Shown here piece after piece: positions 34,074 to 42,823 of a stretch of 64,000 nucleotides of DNA; positions within the stretch are counted from its first letter, which is position 1; every line of letters starts with the position of its first letter. The position numbers were made by a program, and so were the translations under genes. Below the pieces are notes generated by a model that did no database searches, was not told the DNA's origin, and was given only the letters and a program-made list of their open reading frames with translations. The stretch is from a virus (lineage: Duplodnaviria; Caudoviricetes), in IMG/VR virus record IMGVR_UViG_3300035562_000082, positions 53,595 to 117,594 of that record; one strand, written 5' to 3'.

Positions 34074-37000
34074 ACAAGCGGAATTGCAGATCATCCTGAA
34101 GGTCGTGTCCAACGCCAAAGAGGCGTTGGATGAACTGGCTGCACGGTTTACAGAATTGAGTGGTCAGCTTGGGAAGGTCGGTAAATCCGCCGAGGGTTTG
34201 GGTGAGGTCGGGGAGCACGCTCATGCGGTAGGCCAGCATCTGGAGGAAACGGGCGAGCATGCGGACACGCTGTTGAGTAAGTTCAACGAGTTACGAGAAG
34301 GCGCGTTGTTATTGGTCAAGAGCTTTCTGGCGTTGGAGGCCGTACGGCTCTTTCGTGAGTTTGCAGAAGAACAAGCGGCGATCGAAGTCATGGTCGTGGG
34401 CATGAAGAACATTGGAGAAGCCGCTGGTTATACCTCGGAGCAGATGACCAAGCTGGTGAAGGACCTCCAGGAGTTCGACATCACCAAGGGCGTGGCGGCC
34501 AAGAACGTTGGGACGCTGATCGCCAATCAACTGTCGCCGGAGAAAATTTCAGAAATTGGTGCGGCGGCACGTAAACTGGCGCTGGAATCCGGTCGCTCAG
34601 TGGACGAGGTGTTTACGGTCTTGGCCCGGGCTGTGGCCACGGGTCAGACGCGGTTGTTGACCCGACAATTCCAGATCCTTGGGAAGTTCGATGCCACACA
34701 GGCGTTGCACGTGGAGGCCCAGCGTCGGTTGGCGGCGTCGGGCTCAAGTTTCATTTCCGCGAGTGAACGACCGGAGATCACAGCGGGAGCGATTGTTCGA
34801 CGGATCAACGAGCGTGTGCCGGAAACCGCGATCAAGGAAGGTGCGGATACCGCAGAGGGGCGGTTGAAGCACCTGGGCGTGGTGTGGAAGGAGTTCAAGG
34901 AAAGTCTGGGTGAAGGCACGGAGACGGTATTTGGGGGTGTGATCGCGGGTTTGACGGCCATTGTTGAGGCCATGAAGGAATTTGTTGAGTCCCTGGGTAA
35001 AGGTACCTCGGTGTCCAAGACCCTGGGTGAGGCCATGAGGAGCCTGGGCGAGGCCATTGCCGGGGCCATTAAGTTCGTGACCGCGCACAAGGATGCGATT
35101 AAGGTACTGGCCGAGTTCGTAGGCATTTTGATAGCCTTTGATTTAGCCGGGTGGTTCTTGAAGGTCGCAACCGCTGGTGCTGGTGCAGCCGGCATAGCGA
35201 CCTTTGGTACGGCCTTGAAGTACGTGGTTCAAATGGGGTTGTTGGCCGGTGGGCCGGTTAGGGCCGCGTTGGCGGGCTTGACGTTCACGGTCAGAACGTT
35301 GTTCGTGGCCCTGGGTGGTTGGGTGACCGTTGCGGCGTTGGTGATCACTGGGCTGATCGAACTGTATAACCGAAGTTCCGTTGTTCAAGCGGCGATCAAA
35401 GCCCTGGGTACGGCGTTTGTTGAGTTCGGTGATTGGCTGTGGGATACGGTGGTTACACGGCTTAAACTGGTGGTCGATGGATTTCGGTCATTATGGGAGG
35501 CCGTGGCCACCCGTAGTACGGCCCCGCTCAAGGCGTTTGTAAAGGAAGTGGGGGATGAGCTTGATCGACTACAGAAGAAAAAAGAAGAGGCAGAACGAAA
35601 AACCGGTGCTCGGTATCGTGGGGCTAAATTAACGGCCGAAACCCCAGCAGGACCGGTTGAGCCCTATGGGGGCGAAGCTCATGGGCGGTTTGTTCCCACT
35701 GTACAACAGCCTAAACGAGAGAAAACCGATGAAGAACTAGCAGAAGAAGCGGCTAGAGACGCGGCAAATGCCAAGGCCATAGCCGATAATCGATTGAAAA
35801 TCGCTGAAGCAGCATTGGCGGAAGAAAAGCGGATGGCCGCTCGTGCTCAGGCGGATGATGAGTTTCTGATGGCCCGTGGGTTGATCGCCGTTGAGAATTT
35901 TTATCAGCATCGACTGGCGGCGGTAAAGGCCGGGTTAGATGCAGAGTTGGCGGTTAACCGTGCTCAACGGAATAAGATCGATGCTGAAGAGGCGGCATAT
36001 CGTGCGTCTCCGGCGTTCAAGGGCGGCGCAACAGCCGATGCACGGATTACGGAGTTTCAGACTCAACGGCAGGCGTTGCTGGCCAAGGACAAACTGGCGC
36101 GGGCAAAGGCCAATGATGATGAGGTTAAGCTCGTGGAGACCGGACAAACGAAGATCCGTGATCTTGAGCGTAAAGCCAGTGAGGAGCGGAATAAACTGGC
36201 GCTCAAGGACACGACGGATCTTGGAGCACGGCTCGAACAAATCCGTGCCAAGTACGAGAAGCTGAATGAAGAGGCGGGGGATAACGAGCGTTTGAAGGCC
36301 GCAAATGCTCTCAATGAGGCGTACGATCGTCAACAGGCGGGGATCGAGACGCTGACTGCCCGGTGGGAGCAGTACAAGAACGTGCAAACGGCGGTGCTGG
36401 ATCTTCAGACTGCGGAAGTGGCGTTGGCGCAGAAGACCTTCCAGTTGACCAGCTTGGGTGCTCAAGAGGCGAACAACGCGATTCTAGAACGACGGATAGT
36501 CCTTGAGCAACAACATCTTCAGGAATTGGAGAATCTGCGACAGCACTATGTGGCAGAGGGCGCGGCCGGGGTCAAGGCCGCCAAGGACACGGAGGTGGAG
36601 ATGCTGAAAACCCGGGCGGCGATTCTTGGGCTGCAACAGCAGATCAAGACCGCAGGGGAAGAGATTGCCAAGAGCTTTAGTGATAATTTGACGGGCACGT
36701 TGGACAAGATCATCGAGCGCACGGAGCACGCAACGCAAGCGTGGAAGGACTTCGGACGGGCGCTGGTAGCTACCATCACGCACAAAGCCACTACGGGGTT
36801 TGCTGAGAGCATTACCAATGCCTTAGCCGGTGGGGGGACTAAAGGCGGAGAACCAGCAGGTGGAGGGATCTTTGGGTTCGTTGGAGGTCTGTTGGGCGGT
36901 GGGGGTAAGAAGCCCACGGGTGCACCGGGAGATCCGCTGGAGGTGGTTATGGGCGTGCCCAAAGTCGCGGGTGCGGCGGATGCGACTACGAAGCTGGCGG

Positions 37001-37695
37001 ACAAGCTGGAGTCCACGAGCGAGAAACAAACGTCGTCGTTGTCCGAGGCACTTTCTGGTTTGGGCGACAAGCTATCGACGTTGTTCAACGATTTGGTAAC
37101 GGCCATTACTTCGATGATCGGCAGTACCAGTGGTGGGGCTGCCGGTGGTGGTAGTGGGTTGTTGGGGTTGTTCAGTGGGTTGTTTGGCGGAGGTGCAGGC
37201 GCTGGTGCAGCGGGTGCTGGCGCAGCAGGGGCTGGATCAGCCGGTGCAGGGGATCTGGTAGCTGGTGCTACAGTGTTGGCAGCCCGTGGGGGGAAGATCA
37301 CGCCGTTTGGGTTGCTTCGGCATCTGGCTGAAGGCGGGCCGATTGTTGGCCCGGGTACTGGTACGTCTGATAGCGTGCCGATCATGGCCAGCCACGGTGA
37401 GTTCATCATGAACGCCGACGCCACTAAGAGGTATGAACCGCTGTTGCACGCGATGAACGACGGGCGGTTGAACATTGGGTTTGGTGGGGCGCGGAAAATG
37501 GCCGCAGGTGGTGCGGTTGCCGGGGGGCATGCGGCAATGCCTGCTCCGCAGGTTCACGTTACTCATCGGATTGTGAACGTCATTGATCCAAAAATGGCCA
37601 AGGACTACATGCAGTCGAGCGATGGTGAACAGGTGATGTTGAATTTCATTCGGCGTAATGCCGGGTCGGTCCAGCAATTGCTGGCAACGGGGTAA
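34063..37695 (+). CDS. Tape measure protein
   Basis: ~1210 aa helical Ala-rich protein; C-terminal GPGTGTSDSVP-x-MASHGEFIMNA motif. Confidence 0.9.
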   Translation: MATEQAELQIILKVVSNAKEALDELAARFTELSGQLGKVGKSAEGLGEVGEHAHAVGQHLEETGEHADTLLSKFNELREGALLLVKSFLALEAVRLFREFAEEQAAIEVMVVGMKNIGEAAGYTSEQMTKLVKDLQEFDITKGVAAKNVGTLIANQLSPEKISEIGAAARKLALESGRSVDEVFTVLARAVATGQTRLLTRQFQILGKFDATQALHVEAQRRLAASGSSFISASERPEITAGAIVRRINERVPETAIKEGADTAEGRLKHLGVVWKEFKESLGEGTETVFGGVIAGLTAIVEAMKEFVESLGKGTSVSKTLGEAMRSLGEAIAGAIKFVTAHKDAIKVLAEFVGILIAFDLAGWFLKVATAGAGAAGIATFGTALKYVVQMGLLAGGPVRAALAGLTFTVRTLFVALGGWVTVAALVITGLIELYNRSSVVQAAIKALGTAFVEFGDWLWDTVVTRLKLVVDGFRSLWEAVATRSTAPLKAFVKEVGDELDRLQKKKEEAERKTGARYRGAKLTAETPAGPVEPYGGEAHGRFVPTVQQPKREKTDEELAEEAARDAANAKAIADNRLKIAEAALAEEKRMAARAQADDEFLMARGLIAVENFYQHRLAAVKAGLDAELAVNRAQRNKIDAEEAAYRASPAFKGGATADARITEFQTQRQALLAKDKLARAKANDDEVKLVETGQTKIRDLERKASEERNKLALKDTTDLGARLEQIRAKYEKLNEEAGDNERLKAANALNEAYDRQQAGIETLTARWEQYKNVQTAVLDLQTAEVALAQKTFQLTSLGAQEANNAILERRIVLEQQHLQELENLRQHYVAEGAAGVKAAKDTEVEMLKTRAAILGLQQQIKTAGEEIAKSFSDNLTGTLDKIIERTEHATQAWKDFGRALVATITHKATTGFAESITNALAGGGTKGGEPAGGGIFGFVGGLLGGGGKKPTGAPGDPLEVVMGVPKVAGAADATTKLADKLESTSEKQTSSLSEALSGLGDKLSTLFNDLVTAITSMIGSTSGGAAGGGSGLLGLFSGLFGGGAGAGAAGAGAAGAGSAGAGDLVAGATVLAARGGKITPFGLLRHLAEGGPIVGPGTGTSDSVPIMASHGEFIMNADATKRYEPLLHAMNDGRLNIGFGGARKMAAGGAVAGGHAAMPAPQVHVTHRIVNVIDPKMAKDYMQSSDGEQVMLNFIRRNAGSVQQLLATG

Positions 37696-37707
37696 AGGAG
37701 GTACATC

Positions 37708-37842
37708 ATGTGGGCCAAGATCGCGTTGAGAGTGGCATTGGGTGTGGCTGCTCTTGCGGCAGCGTACTTTGGTAAGAAGCAGTACGACAAGACGCATCCG
37801 AAAAAACCGCCGACACCGGAAGCACCACCGCCAGCAAGCTAG
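37708..37842 (+). CDS. 44 aa membrane peptide
   Basis: AAGGAGGT RBS; MWAKIALRVALGVAALAAAYFGKKQ... with a Pro-rich tail; not in the ORF track. Confidence 0.6.
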   Translation: MWAKIALRVALGVAALAAAYFGKKQYDKTHPKKPPTPEAPPPAS

Positions 37843-38026
37843 CGGCAATTGATTGCCGTGAGCCCGTGGCACATGCGCAGTGGTCGATGTGCCAGGGCGT
37901 TTGTTAGGCCGTCTATAAACCCAATTGAGATCGTGTGCTTGCTGTTGCGAGGCTGGCGGTATACGTCTTGGGGTTGGTGGACGAAGCCCAATAGGTATCA
38001 ACGTGGATTAGAGCGAGGAGACGAGA

Positions 38027-38983
38027 ATTTCGTATCAAGCGGGGACCGCCACTAATTACCTGGACCTGTTGTCGAAGATCGTGACGTTCGTGTCGGGTGA
38101 CACGGCGTTGGTGGCCGCTGGGCAAGCATGGACGGTCAATCGCTATGATTCAACGGGGGCGGTCAGTCCGTACGGGCCGGATGGTAATGGCTTTAGTCGT
38201 ACCGCTGAGGCGTGGTTCAAGGCTCCTGGATTGGCCGGCACTGACACGTTTTACCTTGGCATCTCTGGTTTCGGCAGCATCTCGGAAGACTCTTACAATC
38301 TGGCGTTGGCAGGTGCCACGGGCTGGAATTCGGCCATGCCTTGGGGTAATCAACCGGGGAAATCGGCTGAGCCCGCGATGTTGGCGTGGAACGGCACGAT
38401 TCCGTATTGGATGGTTGCCAATGGTCGTCGTCTTGCGCTGGTGGCCAAGATCGGGACCAACTATGAATCGATGTACCTTGGTGCGTATTTGCCGTACGGG
38501 ACGCCCGGTCAAGCGCCGTATCCGATCATGATCGCTGGGACGTACCCGAATTTTGCGACGCGGTATTCGAACAGCGGGCAGCTTCATCGAGCGATGTTCA
38601 ACCCCGGTTGGGATGGCGGTGGCCTTAGTAATTCCTACGTGTATTGGCCGGATGGTACGTGGTTGACCGTTGGAAATGTGCTTACCCAGAATCAATCGGA
38701 CATTGGGTACAACGATAGCGGTAGATCCGTATACCCGTGGATCAGTAAGTGGGCACAGTCGATCAGGGAGAACATCGACGGCACGTACACGCTAACACCC
38801 GCGCAGTTGATCAGCGTTAGTCCCAGTGGGAATGTCATGGGCGTGTTCGATGGCATTTATCACGTGACGAACTTCAACAACAGCGCGGAGAACACGATAA
38901 CCGTTGGTGGAAGCACGTATTTGGTGTTCCCTAACATTTTTCGTTCGAACGTCTACGATTACGCGGCGATGCTGCTGGCTTGA
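38027..38983 (+). CDS. Virion structural (tail tip) protein, probable ATT start
   Basis: GAGGAG 6 nt before ATT-TCG-TAT-CAA-GCG-GGG-ACC (SYQAGTATNYLDLL); in-frame TAG just upstream; YWMVANGRR...YLG motifs. Confidence 0.75.
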   Translation: MSYQAGTATNYLDLLSKIVTFVSGDTALVAAGQAWTVNRYDSTGAVSPYGPDGNGFSRTAEAWFKAPGLAGTDTFYLGISGFGSISEDSYNLALAGATGWNSAMPWGNQPGKSAEPAMLAWNGTIPYWMVANGRRLALVAKIGTNYESMYLGAYLPYGTPGQAPYPIMIAGTYPNFATRYSNSGQLHRAMFNPGWDGGGLSNSYVYWPDGTWLTVGNVLTQNQSDIGYNDSGRSVYPWISKWAQSIRENIDGTYTLTPAQLISVSPSGNVMGVFDGIYHVTNFNNSAENTITVGGSTYLVFPNIFRSNVYDYAAMLLA

Positions 38984-38986
38984 GTC

Positions 38987-39901
38987 ATGCCCTATACGAC
39001 CAATAGTGCGGCAAACATTTCCGGGTTGGTTGACGCCATCAACACGTTTTTGTCGGCCAATGGTTGGACGGTGCTAAACACGTACGCCGATGGTCCTGGG
39101 GGTGTTGGCAAGCACGGTATAGCGGTCACCGATGGTGCGGCCGGGTACTTTGAAATCTGGTGTGATGCGATGTTGTTGTACGTTGCAGGCAGTGTGTCGT
39201 ACACCAATACCGTGGCGCTAAACGCTCAACCTAATCAATCGGACATAGGCGTTGGTACGCAGGCGACGTTCAGTGCCAATGGTCCGGTATTGGCCTATTG
39301 GTTGTTTGCACCGAATGCCACGGACTTGTACATCGTGATTCGTGTGGCGACCGGCGTGTACACGCATTTGCATTTTGGGACGCTGGCAAAGTACGGGACG
39401 TACACCGGAGGGCAATGGGGAACCAGGAGTTATTGGGACAACGGTATCAACACGTACGACTATGGGCAACGAGACAGCGGTAACTACATTGCGCCGTATG
39501 ATTACGGCGGCAGTAACTGGGGCACGTACTCTGGGTTTGTGGGTGCTCAGGTGGATGGCCATACATGGTGGAGCTTGGGTCCACCCCTTCATGGGGGGTC
39601 GATTTATCTGCCTGCGTATTCGATTGTGCGGGGAGACGGGCGGAAGATCACCGATAGAAGTCCGAATGCGTTCAATCAGGAAGCGGTGTTTGCTAATCTC
39701 CCGATGTTCGTACTGCGACCGACTGGGTTATGGACGCCCGTGGGCGAGGTCAAGGACTGTCGGTCGGTGAATATTCACAATTACAACTCAGAGGACATCA
39801 TTACCATTGGAACGGACAACTGGCAGGTGTTTCCGTTGATCAGCAAGTTGTTGACCACTCGGTCGAGTCAGGATGAAGGTCTGGCAATCCGTAGAGCATG
39901 A
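38987..39901 (+). CDS. Virion structural (tail tip) protein
   Basis: Paralog-like to the previous gene; YTHLHFG-x-L-x-K, IG-x-D-x-W-x-VFP. Confidence 0.75.
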   Translation: MPYTTNSAANISGLVDAINTFLSANGWTVLNTYADGPGGVGKHGIAVTDGAAGYFEIWCDAMLLYVAGSVSYTNTVALNAQPNQSDIGVGTQATFSANGPVLAYWLFAPNATDLYIVIRVATGVYTHLHFGTLAKYGTYTGGQWGTRSYWDNGINTYDYGQRDSGNYIAPYDYGGSNWGTYSGFVGAQVDGHTWWSLGPPLHGGSIYLPAYSIVRGDGRKITDRSPNAFNQEAVFANLPMFVLRPTGLWTPVGEVKDCRSVNIHNYNSEDIITIGTDNWQVFPLISKLLTTRSSQDEGLAIRRA

Positions 39902-41571
39902 GCACCGGGAATGTAGCTGGCAGTGTACTTGCCACGCCCCTGTCAAGCCTCACGTCGGCGATCATGCCGAACCCGCCGTGGGTTCCGGCCAGCCTGTATA
40001 CCCCAACGTACTACGTCGGTGGCCGTAGCTATCGCTCGCAGACGGAGGTCACGAGATCAGCCAGCGGAAATGTTGCTGGTGCGTATTTCTATGACTATTA
40101 CTTCCATATCCATGTAACGCCGCAGATTCTGGCGTTAGGGGCGATTCTCAATCAGCTAACGCGTACGATCGAGGTTTGGAACGCGTTTTTCGTCAGTAAC
40201 ACCTTAAACTCGATTGTCAGTAGTGGAAACACCGCTGGCATCAACCTCACAGGTCCTGCTGCTCCGCAGGTTGTTGGGCCGTTGGGGACCTTGGTGTACA
40301 GCGTAGGCGTGCAGCCGGTTGGCCCGGTGTCGGTCAACGCCACGTACACATTCAGCTTTAGTAATCTGGCGGTTGGTAGTGCGTTGATCACCGGCACACG
40401 TAGTGTGCTGTTTGGTTTACGGCCGAATTGGGATCAGGGGTTCAAAGAGCGGCTGGAGTGGAAGACCGATGTGCTGTTCAGTCGGGCCGGGGTTGAGCAG
40501 CGGATGGCCCTACGGCAGATTCCGCGACGATGGTTTGAGTTCACGATCAACGCCTATGAGAATGAGTATGGAATATTTGATTCATTGGTCGCCGGTTGGC
40601 AATCAAGAATTTACAGTGTACCCGTATGGTCTGATCGACAGTTTCTTACGGCCGTGCTGGCTGCTGGATCAACGGTCGTTCCATGCAAGACTCAGTACTA
40701 TGATTTTATAGTCGGAAACACGGTGATCATCGGTACTGACGCACGGCATTTAGAGGCCGCGCAAGTGCAGTCGATTGCATCCGATGGTGTGACGTTGACC
40801 CAAGGTACGCAAAACACCTGGAGCCCGGGGGCGTTTGTCGTGCCGGCTCATCAAGCGCGATTGCAGTTATCGACCCAGGGGACGAAGCCCACTGCGCAGT
40901 TGGCGATGTACCCGTTGCAGTTTCAGCTTCAAGATCAATCGAACGTCGTGGCCGTGGACGATAGCACGATGTTCCAAGGTATCCCCGTGTGCTTGTTCGT
41001 GCCCGATCGGTCGCCGGACCTGCCGGTGACGTACGAACGAAAAGCGGTGATGCTTGATTACGACATTGGCATACAGGAGGTGGATGATGCACCGGCTAGG
41101 CCGTTCATTACGCGCACGCACGAGTTTTTGTGGGGTAGTCGTGCAGAGATCTGGGCGTTTAGGGCGTGGTTGCATGCCAAGCAAGGACAGTTGAACAGCT
41201 TTTGGATGCCGGTGTACGAGCGGTCGTTTGAAGTCCAGCAGGATATCACGAGCGCCAGTGCAAACATCAGCGTCCTGTCTCAGGAGTTTTCGGTTCTGGA
41301 GTCTGGACTGGCCGGTCGAGGAGCGATTGCCATTCTCACGGTTGATGGTGTCTGGCATTTTCAAACGGTCACCAGTATTCAGGCCACGACCAATCCCGAG
41401 GTCGAGGCCATGAACTTGGGTGGGAGCTTTGGCACGTTGATTTCTGTGGCGAGCATTCGTATTGCCTGTTGGCTGGAGAAACTGCGGTTGGGCGCGGATT
41501 CTGCTGAGCTTTACTGGGAGACCGACAACATTGTCAGGTCATCGTTGCCGTTTACGGGGACGAACGGATGA
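39898..41571 (+). CDS. Minor tail / distal-tail-like protein
   Basis: PNW-x4-ERLEWKTDV...EQR-x-ALR-x-x-PRR; G-x3-FWMP. Confidence 0.75.
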   Translation: MSTGNVAGSVLATPLSSLTSAIMPNPPWVPASLYTPTYYVGGRSYRSQTEVTRSASGNVAGAYFYDYYFHIHVTPQILALGAILNQLTRTIEVWNAFFVSNTLNSIVSSGNTAGINLTGPAAPQVVGPLGTLVYSVGVQPVGPVSVNATYTFSFSNLAVGSALITGTRSVLFGLRPNWDQGFKERLEWKTDVLFSRAGVEQRMALRQIPRRWFEFTINAYENEYGIFDSLVAGWQSRIYSVPVWSDRQFLTAVLAAGSTVVPCKTQYYDFIVGNTVIIGTDARHLEAAQVQSIASDGVTLTQGTQNTWSPGAFVVPAHQARLQLSTQGTKPTAQLAMYPLQFQLQDQSNVVAVDDSTMFQGIPVCLFVPDRSPDLPVTYERKAVMLDYDIGIQEVDDAPARPFITRTHEFLWGSRAEIWAFRAWLHAKQGQLNSFWMPVYERSFEVQQDITSASANISVLSQEFSVLESGLAGRGAIAILTVDGVWHFQTVTSIQATTNPEVEAMNLGGSFGTLISVASIRIACWLEKLRLGADSAELYWETDNIVRSSLPFTGTNG

Positions 41572-42398
41572 CCTACGGTGTACGCGAGCTTGGGCAGGAG
41601 ACCGGTGCGCCGATTGAACTGTACGAGTTTCAGGCTGGTTCACAGTATTGGAGATTTACCTCTGGTTTTTCGCCCATTACGTACTTGGGGAACGTGTTTT
41701 CGCCTTATCCGTTGAAGCGCGGGAACATCGTGCAGTCACCGGACGCCGGGAAGCTCAGGCTGTCGATTGAGTGTGCGCGCGATCTGCCGGTGGTCACACG
41801 GTACCTTCAGTATTCGTTGGACGGGATATTGGCGATCAGGATTTTTCGCTACCACAACCTGGATACGGAGTTCATTACGTACTGGCAGGGTCGGGTTATT
41901 CAGGTGATGATGACCGACAGCAGCAACAGCAGGATCGACTGTGAACTGGCGTTCAGTCAACTTCAGTTTCCGGGTGCCCGCCGACGGTATCAACCTGGAT
42001 GCCCGCACGTACTGTACAAGGTCGGGTGTAATGCCTCTGAACCGGCGTTTCAGCTTGCGGGTGTGTTGTTGAGCGCCAGTGGCACGTTGTTGACCAGCGC
42101 GACCTTTGGATCCAAGCCCGACAATTTCAACGGCACGGGCGTTGGTTGGTGGGTGGGCGGGAAGTTCATCACGCAGATCGGAGGGCAGAGCGCTTATCGT
42201 GTGGTTTTGGGGCATTTAGGAAGCACGATTGTTATTGAGTCGGCTATCCAAGGACTGGCGCAGAACGCGGCGTTCACCATCAGCCCAGGGTGTGATCGCA
42301 CCATGTCGGCGTGCAATACCAAGTTCGGGAACATCGATAACTACGGTGGATTTCCGTATAAACCGACGCAGAATCCGTTTACCAGCAGTCCGTATTAA
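41568..42398 (+). CDS. Tail hub protein, DUF2163/BR0599 family
   Basis: PIELYEF, C-x-H-x-LY-x3-C, PGCDRT-x3-C-x2-KF-x-N-x2-NYGGFP. Confidence 0.88.
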   Translation: MTYGVRELGQETGAPIELYEFQAGSQYWRFTSGFSPITYLGNVFSPYPLKRGNIVQSPDAGKLRLSIECARDLPVVTRYLQYSLDGILAIRIFRYHNLDTEFITYWQGRVIQVMMTDSSNSRIDCELAFSQLQFPGARRRYQPGCPHVLYKVGCNASEPAFQLAGVLLSASGTLLTSATFGSKPDNFNGTGVGWWVGGKFITQIGGQSAYRVVLGHLGSTIVIESAIQGLAQNAAFTISPGCDRTMSACNTKFGNIDNYGGFPYKPTQNPFTSSPY

Positions 42399-42407
42399 GG
42401 AGGTTGT

Positions 42408-42632
42408 ATGTACTATTACATCGCGGTGATGATCATCATGTACTTTTTCGCCAAGATGCTTGCGCCAAAGGTTCGTAATGCCGTACCGCAGACTCCCACG
42501 GGAGTGATAACCATAGACAACACCGCGTGTATTCCGGTGTTGTTTGGTACGCGCGAGCTACTGCAACCGAATTGCGTGTGGTATGGAGATCTGGGGACCA
42601 CCCCGATCTACGCCAGCAGCGGCGGCAAGTGA
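42408..42632 (+). CDS. Small tail assembly protein
   Basis: AAGGAGG RBS; IPVLFGT...PN-x-VWYGD. Confidence 0.8.
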   Translation: MYYYIAVMIIMYFFAKMLAPKVRNAVPQTPTGVITIDNTACIPVLFGTRELLQPNCVWYGDLGTTPIYASSGGK

Positions 42633-42823
42633 AGATCACGATCAACCACATGGCGGAGTTTGGGTACTGTGTGCCCGGGGTTCGGCAGTGGTTTGCTCAA
42701 CGGAATCTTGATTTCCGTGATTTTTGTCGTAATGGGTTGGACGAACAGGTGTTCGTGCAGTCTGACGATGCGATGGCCCTGCAATTGATTGCCAAAGTAA
42801 AACAGCGGCATGGGCAAGAGTAG
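42629..42823 (+). CDS. Small tail assembly protein
   Basis: YC-x-x-GVRQWF...LDF-x-DF-x-x-NG...DAMA, typical between BR0599 and the central tail protein. Confidence 0.7.
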   Translation: MKITINHMAEFGYCVPGVRQWFAQRNLDFRDFCRNGLDEQVFVQSDDAMALQLIAKVKQRHGQE

